Assembly (NCBI GenBank): GCA_040225955.1
Contig: JBECUL010000020.1
Coordinates: 1 to 34,853, forward strand
Origin: Candidatus Asgardarchaeum abyssi
GTDB taxonomy: Archaea; Asgardarchaeota; Asgardarchaeia; Asgardarchaeales; Asgardarchaeaceae
Length of the DNA stretch: 34,853 bases
Reading direction: 5' to 3'
In this document: positions 18,226 to 29,016 of the stretch, piece by piece
How the letters are laid out: each line of letters starts with the position of its first letter
Position numbering within the stretch: the first letter of the stretch is position 1
The notes under the pieces: model-generated
Databases searched by the model: none
The model's input: the letters and a program-made list of their open reading frames with translations, nothing else
What the model was told of the DNA's origin: nothing
Translations under genes and position numbers: made by a program

Positions 18226-19600
18226 TATTCGCAAATATTCTTATGCTCCAAGGATATTTGTGTTTTATATTTTTCAATAATCTTTTTACTTTTTCCTCCT
18301 CTGAAGTTCCTTTAAAATATAGTATGTATACCTTACTTTCTCTACCCCTTTTTATTCTCTGGTACATTGTCTTTGGAGTGTTAATAACATCTAATATGAA
18401 AAGAACATTAACCATTGAAAGATCAAGATCTCTCTCCCCTACGGGTGAAATGAGAATTGCTTTTATGTCTGGTTTTTCAGAAAATTCTCTAAGTACATTC
18501 TGCTTATTTCTTGTTACTCCCGTGAGCTTAATGACTTTAATTCCTTGCTTTATTAGTATTTTCTCCAAGAAGTTTACAGTTTCCCTATATGATGACAGTA
18601 CGGCAACTTTCCCTTTTTCCTGAAGAATTAAATCTATCAGGACCCTGAATTTTTCATTTTCCTTAATTTTTACAACTTCTGGATACAACTTCTTAAGTTC
18701 TTTATCGAGTAAAAAATACCTTTTTACTTGCTTTATTGGCCTTGCAACCAAAAATTTTCGAAGGAAGGTCAGCCTCCTTATCTTGTTTGCAGTATCTTCA
18801 TCAATACCAAATTTATCAGGAGAAACTAAAGTTTCTTTTATAGATCTTTGACCAGATTTTCTCTTTATTTCATTAAGTAAAGTCTCTATCTGTTCGTCTA
18901 GTACTTTAAGAATACAATTCATCTCCTTACTTTCTATGGGTATTATTGTAATATCCGTATAAGTAATATATTTACTAACATCCCTCGTGATGTCGTCCAT
19001 TGACAAGATTTTTGAATTTGGGAATATTCTTTTAAGGATCGTCAAATCACTCACAGATTTAGCATCTTGCTCTTCAATAAGAATTGCGTTATCTCTAAAG
19101 GTCCCACTCATTCCTATGATAAATTTACTCTGAAGCTTCGGAAGTATACTATTCCACGGATATACCAAAATATGATTTTTGTACCCCACCCGTTTTATTA
19201 TCTTATCAATCTCATTAATAATCACAATATCGAAACGGTCTAAAATTGTGGGATATTTCTTAGTTAAATTAAATAATACCAACGGTGTTGATAAAATAAC
19301 TCTTTTGCTTTCAACAATTTTTCTTCTTATCTGATGAGGCAAGCTTGAAGAAATCCACCCCCAATCTTCGTTTGATATATGTTTCTTGAAGAATGTAACT
19401 GTTTCTTTCAATGATGCGGATGAATGTAAAAGAAATAATATAGTTGACTCGGTAAAAAGCTTTGTTGCCAGCTGAAGGGCTATAATTCTTTTTCCCAGAC
19501 CGCAATCTAGCTCAATTAATGCGCTTATTCCATCTTTTTTGCAATTGTATAAAAAATTAAATACCTTTTCTTGATACTCTCTTTTTTCAAAATATGACAT
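18218..19600 (-). CDS. Divergent SF2 helicase-like protein (Hef/FANCM-like, no nuclease domain)
   Basis: Q motif REYQ, motif I LDCGLGKR, Ib STP, II INEID, III MSGT, V SPVGERDLDL, VI QRIKRGR; GGTGA RBS. Confidence 0.75.
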   Translation of the reverse strand: MSYFEKREYQEKVFNFLYNCKKDGISALIELDCGLGKRIIALQLATKLFTESTILFLLHSSASLKETVTFFKKHISNEDWGWISSSLPHQIRRKIVESKRVILSTPLVLFNLTKKYPTILDRFDIVIINEIDKIIKRVGYKNHILVYPWNSILPKLQSKFIIGMSGTFRDNAILIEEQDAKSVSDLTILKRIFPNSKILSMDDITRDVSKYITYTDITIIPIESKEMNCILKVLDEQIETLLNEIKRKSGQRSIKETLVSPDKFGIDEDTANKIRRLTFLRKFLVARPIKQVKRYFLLDKELKKLYPEVVKIKENEKFRVLIDLILQEKGKVAVLSSYRETVNFLEKILIKQGIKVIKLTGVTRNKQNVLREFSEKPDIKAILISPVGERDLDLSMVNVLFILDVINTPKTMYQRIKRGRESKVYILYFKGTSEEEKVKRLLKNIKHKYPWSIRIFANIN

Positions 19601-19739
19601 TAGTTCACCAACGAACCTCGATTCTTGAAAATAATATTATTTTATTGTAATTTAAATTGCTACTATGATTAGAGAAGTAGCATAACTATTATCAAAATTA
19701 TTTAAATATCTTAATGTTTTTATTTGTCTCATGTATTAA

Positions 19740-20453
<714 letters not shown>

Positions 20454-20464
20454 GAATGTTCTAT

Positions 20465-21346
20465 TCATTTCCCTGAGATTAATCGTCTAAAGATTCTATA
20501 CTTACATAATTCACATTTTTTATTATAATAATCTATAACTTCCTGTGGCATCTTTTTATTTACGTATGCACTAGGACATAGTTTACAGGGAATTTCGTAT
20601 GGAAAGTCAAAATCTTTACTTGCTAGTTCTTTATATGTTTCCATAATTTTGACACCAGAACTAGTTCCGATTCTATCTGCTCCAGCAGCAATCATCCTGG
20701 CAACATTTTCATATGTACGTATTCCACCAGCAGCTTTCACACCCACTTTGTCTCCAACTATCTTCTTCATAGCTTTAACATGCAATGGCGTTGCACCTAA
20801 GGGGCCAAAACCTGTAGATGTCTTTACAAAAGCAGCACCTGCATCCATAGCAATTTTCGAAGCTGTTTCTATCTCTTCATATGTCAAAAAACCATTTTCC
20901 AAAATCACTTTCACAGGTTTACCATTAGCTGCTTCAACAACAGCGCTAATATCATCGCCTACACGTGTAAAATCTTTGCTTTTAAAAGCTCCTATATTCA
21001 TTACCATATCAATTTCATCAGCGCCATCTTCAATACTCTTCCTTACCTCTTCTGTTTTAGCATGAGTTGATGAGGCACCAAGCGGAAAACTTACAACTGT
21101 TACTACTTTTATATCAGTATCTCTTAATAATTTTTTCACATAGGATATCCAGAAAGGATTAACACAAATTGCATAAAACTCATATTTCTTTGCCTCAAGC
21201 ACTAATTTTTCAATTTCCTTCTTGCTCGCATCAGGTCTTAAAAGTGTATGGTCTATCATTTTAGCTAACTCTCTTTCGGATAAACGAATTTTGTGAGCTT
21301 GTATTTCAATTTCAAAAGGGTCCGCTGGTAAAGTCATCTCTCTCAC
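20465..21346 (-). CDS. deoC: Deoxyribose-phosphate aldolase with terminal extensions
   Basis: IDHTLL, GADEIDMV, VKVILE, FVKTSTGF, VKAAGGIR, RIGTS. Confidence 0.95.
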   Translation of the reverse strand: MREMTLPADPFEIEIQAHKIRLSERELAKMIDHTLLRPDASKKEIEKLVLEAKKYEFYAICVNPFWISYVKKLLRDTDIKVVTVVSFPLGASSTHAKTEEVRKSIEDGADEIDMVMNIGAFKSKDFTRVGDDISAVVEAANGKPVKVILENGFLTYEEIETASKIAMDAGAAFVKTSTGFGPLGATPLHVKAMKKIVGDKVGVKAAGGIRTYENVARMIAAGADRIGTSSGVKIMETYKELASKDFDFPYEIPCKLCPSAYVNKKMPQEVIDYYNKKCELCKYRIFRRLISGK

Positions 21347-21455
21347 CTATAAAAGTATACTAAAGCCTTCTTCTTATCAAATCAAGAATTTTTCCAAAAA
21401 TATTAATAACTTTCCAATAGTAACACAAACAAAATGTTTTATTTTGGTGTAAAAA

Positions 21456-22610
21456 ATGCGCCAAATCCCAATAGTTAAACCAATTATAACTGAAAAAGAA
21501 AAGGAATATGTACTTAAAGTCCTTGAATCTGGCTGGCTTGCTGAAGGTAAAGTTTCCAAAACCCTAGAAGAGCGATTTTCCGATTTTGTGGGTGCTAAAT
21601 ATTCAATAACTGCTGCAAATGGCACTGCTGCACTTCATCTAGCACTAGAAGCTTTAGGTATACCCCCTGGCTCTGAGGTTATTACGACCGCATTTACATT
21701 TATTGCATCTTCTAACTCTATACTATTTATTGGTGGTATACCAATATTTGCTGACATTTCCTCTAAAACATATAATATAGACCCAGATGATGTTAGAAAG
21801 AGAATAACTCCAAAAACTAAAGCGATATTGGCGGTTCATATATTTGGTTTACCAGCAGATATGAAAGAGCTAAAAGAAATAGCTGAGGAACATAACTTAT
21901 TTTTGATCGAAGATTGTGCACAAGCCCATGGAGCAAGAATAAATGGTCAGCATGTTGGAACTTTTGGCGATATTGGCATATTTTCCTTTTACGCTACGAA
22001 AAGTATGATTGCTGGCGAAGGAGGAATTATTGTAACGAATAATGAAGAGCTTGCTGAAAAAGTAACCTCATTAAAGAATCATGGGCGTGGAAAAGAGGGT
22101 GGTTATTATCACTATAGGGTGGGGTATAATCTAAGGATGACCGATTTGCAAGCAGCGCTTGCTCTTGCTCAGCTAGAAAGGCTACCAGAAATGCTTAACA
22201 TTAGGGCAAGGAATCATAAAATAGTTCGCGAAGAACTTGAAAACATAAATGTAATAGAGTTTCAATATGTTCCTCCAGGATATACGCATTCAAACTATAT
22301 TTGTGCTCCTCATCTAACAAAAAAAGGGCTAAACCCGCAAAGAATAATTGATGAGCTGAAAAAGAGAGGAATATCGGCTAGAACAATATACTCAATACCT
22401 ACATATAAACAACCAGCATACCTCAATATTAAACAAACTTGGAGATGGGCCAAGTTTGTTGACTATCCCGATTACTCAAAAATTAGTTTACCTAATACAG
22501 AATTTATAGCATCAACACATTTTGAGGTTCCTATACATGCTGGTTTATCTGAGGAGGACGCAAAATATGTGGCATCATCGTTGAAGCAAATTCTTAAAGA
22601 ATTATATTAA
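21456..22610 (+). CDS. DegT/DnrJ/EryC1/StrS sugar aminotransferase
   Basis: NGTAALHLAL, FTFIAS, IEDCAQAHGA, FSFYATK, GEGG, GYNLRM. Confidence 0.95.
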   Translation: MRQIPIVKPIITEKEKEYVLKVLESGWLAEGKVSKTLEERFSDFVGAKYSITAANGTAALHLALEALGIPPGSEVITTAFTFIASSNSILFIGGIPIFADISSKTYNIDPDDVRKRITPKTKAILAVHIFGLPADMKELKEIAEEHNLFLIEDCAQAHGARINGQHVGTFGDIGIFSFYATKSMIAGEGGIIVTNNEELAEKVTSLKNHGRGKEGGYYHYRVGYNLRMTDLQAALALAQLERLPEMLNIRARNHKIVREELENINVIEFQYVPPGYTHSNYICAPHLTKKGLNPQRIIDELKKRGISARTIYSIPTYKQPAYLNIKQTWRWAKFVDYPDYSKISLPNTEFIASTHFEVPIHAGLSEEDAKYVASSLKQILKELY

Positions 22611-22738
22611 GAACAAATTCCAACTTCTAACATGGTTAAAAAAATGAAAATAAATCAAATTATTTTTCTTATTTTTTTAATTCCGTTAATGAAACTTTTT
22701 TAAATGTAAGTTAATATTTTTTAACCGAGGGATAATAT

Positions 22739-24037
22739 ATGACTATAAGACCAGTCTTTGATTTTGCCGAATGGACCCAACTTATCTCTGAGAGTGAAAT
22801 AAGACGGCTTTTGGCGTATAATGTCCCTTATTATTATGCTGGTGGAAAACCTGGCGTTTTACCTCTAACAACACTTAGTAAAATATTAATCAATACTGGA
22901 ACCGAACAATTAATAGCTCTTACTGAAGGACATAAAGATGAAGTTATTGAAGCGTACAACTATGGACAAACAGCAGGTTGGGAACCTTTAAGGAGGACCT
23001 TTGCGAAAAGATTACGTGAAAAGGACAACATAAATTTGGATCCTGAAGAAGGCTGGAAAGATGTTATCATAACAACAGGATCGCAACAAAGTATATATCT
23101 TATTCTAGATGCGCTTATTTCTCCAGGAGATGTAATTATCACCCCCAAACCTGTATATTTAGGTTTTGTGAATCCTGCTGTCAAATTTGGTGCAAATGTA
23201 ATTGCAGTTGCTACAGACGAATATGGAATAGTTCCAGAATATATTGAAAAAACAATCCAAATCATTGAAAAAGAAAAGATATTTAAGAAACTTCCTGAAA
23301 TACTATATGTTATTCCTGACTCGGATAATCCTAAGGGGACTACCCTTCCAACAAAAAGAAGAAAAGCACTTTATGACATTGCTGTTACATATAACATGTT
23401 AATAATTGAGGATGCAGCATATCGAGAGATACAATTTACAGACAACAGGCTACCGACAATAAAAAGCTTTGATAAGGAAAACACGCATGTTGCATATTTA
23501 AGAACTACAAGTAAAGAAGCAGCCACCTTAAGAGTGGGATATAGTGTGATGCCTGAGCCTCTCAAAGAGCATGTTCTTAAAGCTAAAGGATATGTAGATC
23601 TATGCACTCCGACACTAATTCAATACATACTCAATGAATATTATAGCAAGTACATAGATAATGTCCTTCCCGAAATAGTTACTATATATCATCGAAGAGC
23701 TAAGGCTATGATAGAAGCTATTGATGAAACATTCCCTCCTGGAAAGCGTAGTGACCCAACTGGTGGTTTTTTTGTTTGGTGGGAATCTGATAACAAAGAC
23801 TTCAACGCAAAGATATTTCTTGAAAAGGAAGCCATACCTAATGGTATTGCTTATGTGCCTGGTTCGGCATTTTATCCACCAATCGGTTATCAGTTTTCAA
23901 GTAAAACCGAAAAAATAAGCAAAATAGAGGCAAAATATAATACAATGAGACTTAGCTTTAGTTACAAAACATCACAAAATATTAGCTTCGGCATTAGAAA
24001 ACTTGGAGAGCTTCTTTCTAAGAAAATAGGAAAATAA
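22739..24037 (+). CDS. PLP-dependent aminotransferase class I/II (LysN/ARO8-like)
   Basis: GGKP, YG...G, ITTGSQQ, NPKGTT, IIEDAAY, TTSKE, LRVGY, GGFFVW, MRLSFS. Confidence 0.92.
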   Translation: MTIRPVFDFAEWTQLISESEIRRLLAYNVPYYYAGGKPGVLPLTTLSKILINTGTEQLIALTEGHKDEVIEAYNYGQTAGWEPLRRTFAKRLREKDNINLDPEEGWKDVIITTGSQQSIYLILDALISPGDVIITPKPVYLGFVNPAVKFGANVIAVATDEYGIVPEYIEKTIQIIEKEKIFKKLPEILYVIPDSDNPKGTTLPTKRRKALYDIAVTYNMLIIEDAAYREIQFTDNRLPTIKSFDKENTHVAYLRTTSKEAATLRVGYSVMPEPLKEHVLKAKGYVDLCTPTLIQYILNEYYSKYIDNVLPEIVTIYHRRAKAMIEAIDETFPPGKRSDPTGGFFVWWESDNKDFNAKIFLEKEAIPNGIAYVPGSAFYPPIGYQFSSKTEKISKIEAKYNTMRLSFSYKTSQNISFGIRKLGELLSKKIGK

Positions 24038-24134
24038 TCTCTTATTTTCTTTTTCAGAAACTTTAAATATCTTTTTTATAAAATTGTTGTGGAAACATAC
24101 TTTTTATATTATGAAGCATATTGGGGGGTGTTCT

Positions 24135-24851
24135 ATGAGTTTTGATGTGAAAAGAGCTAAAACCGGAGTACCTGGAATGGACGAGCTTCTACATGGAGGA
24201 ATCCCTAGACGAAATGTGGTGTTACTCTCTGGTGGTCCTGGAACGGGAAAAACGATATTTGGACAACAATTTTTATACAAAGGCTTAGAAATGGGTGAAA
24301 ATGGAGTTTATGTTGCATTGGAAGAGCATCCCGTACAGATACGTCAAAATATGGCATTATTTGGCTGGGATGTTAGACCATTTGAAGAAGAGGATAGATT
24401 TGCAATTGTAGATGGATTTACTGGTGGTATTGGTGAAGCTGCCAAAAGAGAGCGTTATGTTGTTAGAGCTCCCGATGATGTACAATCGCTTATTGATGTT
24501 TTAAAGACCGCAATTAGGACTGTGAATGCTGAAAGGGTTGTGATAGATTCTGTAACTACACTTTATTTAACAAAACCTATTATTGCAAGAAATACGGTAC
24601 TGCAGTTGAAAAAGGTCCTTTCTGGACTAGGAACTACATCATTATTAATAAGCCAAGTTAGTGTTACAGAAAAAGGATTTGGTGGCCCTGGTGTTGAACA
24701 TGCAGCCGACGGAATTATAAGACTAGACCTAGACGAAGTAAATGGTCAGCTTGAAAGAAGCCTCATAATTTGGAAGATGAGAGGAACAGCTCATAGTATG
24801 AGACGCCATAAATTTAAAATAACTAATGAAGGTATTGTTGTAATTATTTAA
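24135..24851 (+). CDS. Single-domain KaiC-like/RecA-superfamily ATPase
   Basis: [39 protein letters not shown]. Start placed at ATG 24135 after a GGGGGTG RBS. Confidence 0.92.
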   Translation: MSFDVKRAKTGVPGMDELLHGGIPRRNVVLLSGGPGTGKTIFGQQFLYKGLEMGENGVYVALEEHPVQIRQNMALFGWDVRPFEEEDRFAIVDGFTGGIGEAAKRERYVVRAPDDVQSLIDVLKTAIRTVNAERVVIDSVTTLYLTKPIIARNTVLQLKKVLSGLGTTSLLISQVSVTEKGFGGPGVEHAADGIIRLDLDEVNGQLERSLIIWKMRGTAHSMRRHKFKITNEGIVVII

Positions 24852-24885
24852 TTTATTCTTATATGAATAAAAGGAGGTTAGATAA

Positions 24886-25293
24886 ATGAGTGGTGAAGTG
24901 CCTCTTAAGCCTATTGGGAGAGAAGAAATACATAAGTTGGAAACCGCTCTTCTCTTAGGTACACTCTTTTCCCCTAAAGTACTAGAACTCCTAAGAAATC
25001 CAGACGAGAGATTAACATGGGTTGACTCATTAGCTGTTGCTGCTGGCGCTTTGGCTAGAGAAAAAGCTGGGATGACAATATCTCAAATAGCTGAGGATTT
25101 AGGTCGAAGTGAAGGAACTATCAGAAATCATCTTAAAGGGAAAACAAAGGCTGGAGAGCTTGTTATTGAGACATACAATAAATTTGTTAGAGAGGGCGTG
25201 AAAATAGAGATTGAAGCTTGGAGTGAAGCCCAGACTAAGCTAGATATCGTAAAACAAAAGCTCAAAGAAATACTTCAAATGCTGGAATCATAA
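24886..25293 (+). CDS. HTH regulator of the type paired with KaiC-like ATPases in archaea (COG1318-like)
   Basis: ERLTWVDSLAVAAGALAREKAGMTISQIAEDLGRSEGTIRNHLKGKTKAG; AGGAGG RBS. Confidence 0.85.
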   Translation: MSGEVPLKPIGREEIHKLETALLLGTLFSPKVLELLRNPDERLTWVDSLAVAAGALAREKAGMTISQIAEDLGRSEGTIRNHLKGKTKAGELVIETYNKFVREGVKIEIEAWSEAQTKLDIVKQKLKEILQMLES

Positions 25294-25310
25294 AATACGA
25301 CTAAAATCTG

Positions 25311-25333
25311 ATTTTTACTTTTTTAGACTTTTC
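25311..25333 (+). terminator. Oligo-T archaeal terminator candidate
   Basis: ATTTTTACTTTTTTAGACTTTTC shortly after the HTH stop codon. Confidence 0.4.
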
Positions 25334-25426
25334 TAAAATTATTTTTTCGGAAAAATTTTTATTCGTATTTGGGAAATGTTTTCTTAATCTCCTAAGTTAA
25401 CTACTATACTGGAGGACACATATAGA

Positions 25427-28258
25427 GTGGTCTACCTTCTAAAGTCGATACATCTTAAAAATTTTCAGACTCACAGAGATACGTTTATAAATTTTGATAA
25501 TAGGCCTATTCTTCTAATTACGGGAGCTAATGGAGCGGGAAAAACACTAATACTAGATGCTCTCTTATTAGCCATGGGAGGGGCTAGTAAACGAGCTAAG
25601 CAAATGGGGTTATCTTCGTTCATAGGACCTTTTGGGGGTACAGCGAAAATAAAAATTGTTCTGAATAATCCAATAATTAATAAAAGACGGCTCTTTCAGA
25701 CAAATGTTCCAAATCTCGATACCATCATAGATAAAGATCTCTTAACTATAGAAGTTGCCATTGATAAACGTGGGGCTCGTCAATATTCAATAAATGGTAG
25801 GAAAACAATAGATGGAGTACCAATAAGTGTGTATCATATACAAAAAATATTCGCAAGCGTTCATTTACACCCTTCTGATCCTTTATTTGTTACCGAACAA
25901 GGAACCATAAATTCGTTTGAATCACTTACTCCTCATAAGCGATTTGAAATTCTTTTAGAATCCTCCGAGCTGAAGGCTTATCTCGATAAATTACTTAGCA
26001 CTCAAACAGAGTTAGAAAGAGAAGAAAAAACAGTAAAACCACTACTGGCTAGATTAAAAGAGGAAGAAAGAAAACTACAAATCTTAAAGAGCGCTTACGA
26101 AGCATATAAAAAACGTCTTGAGATAGAGAAGGCTCTTAAAAGATTAGAGGTTGAGCTTTTATGGTCCGAAGTGGACGAAATTGATAAGGAGCGTGCAAAA
26201 ATACTTGAAGAGCTTAATAATAATGAACAAACTCTCTTTAACTTGCAATCAAAGATAAGAGATCTACATACTGAGGAATCGAAACTTCTTCAAAAGAAGG
26301 CAAAGTTACAGAAAAAAATAGAACAGCTTAATGAGGAGTACGATGACTTAATAAAAAATATAGAAATACTAAAAGAAGAGAAAAAAGAAGTTTTGGTGGC
26401 TCTAGCTAACTTAGATGATGAAAAAAAGACTTACGAATCAAGCGTAGATCAAATTGAATCTATAAGAGCAGAGATAATTCGAATTTCTGAGGAGATAGAT
26501 GAAATAAATAATGAGTTAAAAAATATAAAATTACAGAAAGATAATTTATCGAGAGGGCTTATATTATTAGACACAAGCATTAGTCCATATGAATACAAAC
26601 GATTAAACGAAGCTATTTCCTTTCTCGAAAAGGTGAAGGAATACCATCTGGAAGATAGAATAATTGGACCCCTAGTCTCTATGGTGCGTGTGAAAGACGA
26701 GTATTCTTCATTCTCAGATGCGATAAAGATGGCATTACGTAATTTTCTTTTTGTCTTTATTGCTATGGATAGTGAAGCATTTAAATATGCAAAAAGAATT
26801 TTTGATGAATTAGGAAGACCTAGAATCACAATAATAAGGTTTGATCTAATTTCTGAAAAGAAAAGAGCTCCTATTTTACATAATTCCATTGTTAATTGGG
26901 CTTCAAATTTAGTGGAGGGTAATCCATTTTTCATCAAGTTTCTAAAAAGTGTGGATGATACACTGATCGCTTATAATGTTGATGACCCTAATATTTTAGT
27001 CGAAATAGCTAAGCAATTTAATGCAAGAATAGTTACTCAAGATTGTAATAGCTATTTTGTTAAATACGGAGGCTTCACAAGACCTCCTAAAGTACCGACT
27101 ATAGAATTAGGTATCTCATTAGATTCTATGAACGTTAATATGTATGATATTCATAGAGCTAAAAAACAATTATCTGAAAAGGAAAAGCAGTTAGTATCAA
27201 AGAGAATTAAGTTACGAGCCAAGTTGCACACATTAAAAGAAAAGCTTGGCAGATTAGAAGCTTTTTCAAATAAAATAACCGGGCTTGATGAGCTCTCTCT
27301 GCGCAAGAGAAGCATTGAGATAGAAGAGGAACTTAAGAGTTTAAGTCAGCAAGCGGAATATCATCGACAGGAAATACTACGATTTAAGAAGGATATGGAA
27401 CTATTGGATGAAAAACATAATCTGATAAACAGACAAATAGGCGAGGTTCAGCTCAGAATAAAAAATATTACAACAAATATTAAGGAACTAAAACAAAAAC
27501 TCTCAACATTGGATAAGCAATATGAGGAAAAGTTAAGAATTGCTAAGGAAAAGGGAATTCGTCCAGAAAGTGTAAGATCCTTTGATGAAATTCGAAATGA
27601 AATGATGAAGTTAAAAGGCATGTTGGATGCCATTAAGGTAACTGTTGCAGATAAAGAGAAATACGAAAATCAAAAAAAGATGGTCAGCGATTTAAAAGCA
27701 TATCTAAGCAAAAGAAACGAACACATAAGGAACTTACGTGAAGATTTACGCTTAAGAATCGAAGAGTGGAAAAGAATATTGCTAGAAACAATATCAAAGA
27801 TACAAATCTTAATGAATTTATTATTGCGTCCAAGAATAGATGAGGTTGTATTAAAACTTACAAATTTGGAAAATCCAGAGAAAACCGAACTTATAATAAC
27901 TGCAAGAGTTGAAAAGGATGGTAAGTTTAGAAGTCTCTATGCGCTTAGTGGAGGAGAAAGAGTATTACTAGCTCAAGCATTTATACTCTCGTTACACATT
28001 TTAACTAATGCACCAATTCAAATTATTGATGAATTAACACAAAGGCTGGATGAATCATATCAGTTAGCTGCCTTTGAAATGGTCGCCAAGGCTCAGAAAC
28101 TTATGTCATCAGGCAATCCGAATAACCTTCAAGCACAGTTTATTCTAATGGCTCCAATAATAAGAAAAGAAGGACTTCCAAAATATGTAAAACATATAGT
28201 TTTCATAAAAGTAAGATCAGAGGGAGATAAATGGGTAACGGTGACAATGGAACACTAA
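25427..28258 (+). CDS. SMC-family ATPase, Smc5/Smc6-like
   Basis: LKNFQTH, Walker A GANGAGKT, Q-loop FVTEQG, coiled coils, hinge IIGPLVSMVRVKD..AIKMAL, signature LSGGER, Walker B/D-loop IIDELTQRLD, QFILMAP; GGAGG RBS at 25411. Confidence 0.9.
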   Translation: MVYLLKSIHLKNFQTHRDTFINFDNRPILLITGANGAGKTLILDALLLAMGGASKRAKQMGLSSFIGPFGGTAKIKIVLNNPIINKRRLFQTNVPNLDTIIDKDLLTIEVAIDKRGARQYSINGRKTIDGVPISVYHIQKIFASVHLHPSDPLFVTEQGTINSFESLTPHKRFEILLESSELKAYLDKLLSTQTELEREEKTVKPLLARLKEEERKLQILKSAYEAYKKRLEIEKALKRLEVELLWSEVDEIDKERAKILEELNNNEQTLFNLQSKIRDLHTEESKLLQKKAKLQKKIEQLNEEYDDLIKNIEILKEEKKEVLVALANLDDEKKTYESSVDQIESIRAEIIRISEEIDEINNELKNIKLQKDNLSRGLILLDTSISPYEYKRLNEAISFLEKVKEYHLEDRIIGPLVSMVRVKDEYSSFSDAIKMALRNFLFVFIAMDSEAFKYAKRIFDELGRPRITIIRFDLISEKKRAPILHNSIVNWASNLVEGNPFFIKFLKSVDDTLIAYNVDDPNILVEIAKQFNARIVTQDCNSYFVKYGGFTRPPKVPTIELGISLDSMNVNMYDIHRAKKQLSEKEKQLVSKRIKLRAKLHTLKEKLGRLEAFSNKITGLDELSLRKRSIEIEEELKSLSQQAEYHRQEILRFKKDMELLDEKHNLINRQIGEVQLRIKNITTNIKELKQKLSTLDKQYEEKLRIAKEKGIRPESVRSFDEIRNEMMKLKGMLDAIKVTVADKEKYENQKKMVSDLKAYLSKRNEHIRNLREDLRLRIEEWKRILLETISKIQILMNLLLRPRIDEVVLKLTNLENPEKTELIITARVEKDGKFRSLYALSGGERVLLAQAFILSLHILTNAPIQIIDELTQRLDESYQLAAFEMVAKAQKLMSSGNPNNLQAQFILMAPIIRKEGLPKYVKHIVFIKVRSEGDKWVTVTMEH

Positions 28259-29016
28259 TTGAAAAAGAAGAATTCAAGATAATTGAATCTCTGGTAACAC
28301 CAGTTCCACCAAGAGAGATAACAAGACAACTTTGGGGTATCGCCAAAAAATATGAAACTGCGATAAAAGAGAATTTAATAATCTCAATTGAAGAGGCAGA
28401 GCAAGATCGTAATATCGTTAATATGTTATTTAGGAAATATACCGATTTAAAAACAAGAATTCTTGATGCCAGAATACTTCAAAACTTTGTATCTATGCAA
28501 AGGCTCCGAGACGTCCATGTTATCATGAAGTACCTTGATAAATCAGAAATTATCAAATATATCGCGTATCAAGTAAAAAGACGAGGTACACCTATAGTAA
28601 CGTTTACTGGCTATTCATTACGTTCAACTCCACGCTTAGAAAGAAAATTAACTTCTTCTAAGGTTGAACCCAAATATGATCAAAATATTTCTATTTTTAA
28701 GGAGGAGGCAGAACGTACTCTTTTAATGTTTAATGAAGAAATAGATATGTCTTCTGTTGATAAATTGGACATAGATTCTTTAAAGAAAGAAACTCTTATG
28801 AAATTAAAACCTTATTTTGATAAACCAATAAAGATAAAAACGCTTTCACGCCTTTTATCGCATATCCAATTAAATATCTTAAGCCAAATGATTCGTGATA
28901 ATGAGCTTTTTGCATACAAGAGAGGAAAAGACTCTATTATTATATCTAAGACACCAAAATATCTATCGGAAGATAATAAATATGAAACCATTGTTATTGA
29001 AGGTGCTGAAAAATGA
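28231..29016 (+). CDS. Putative kleisin, Nse4/EID-like
   Basis: Overlaps the SMC stop. VNMLFRKYTDLKTRILDARIL fits the recalled Nse4 N-terminal pattern NxLF-x10-LDAxxL; basic linker; C-terminal winged-helix-like segment. Confidence 0.6.
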   Translation: MGNGDNGTLIEKEEFKIIESLVTPVPPREITRQLWGIAKKYETAIKENLIISIEEAEQDRNIVNMLFRKYTDLKTRILDARILQNFVSMQRLRDVHVIMKYLDKSEIIKYIAYQVKRRGTPIVTFTGYSLRSTPRLERKLTSSKVEPKYDQNISIFKEEAERTLLMFNEEIDMSSVDKLDIDSLKKETLMKLKPYFDKPIKIKTLSRLLSHIQLNILSQMIRDNELFAYKRGKDSIIISKTPKYLSEDNKYETIVIEGAEK

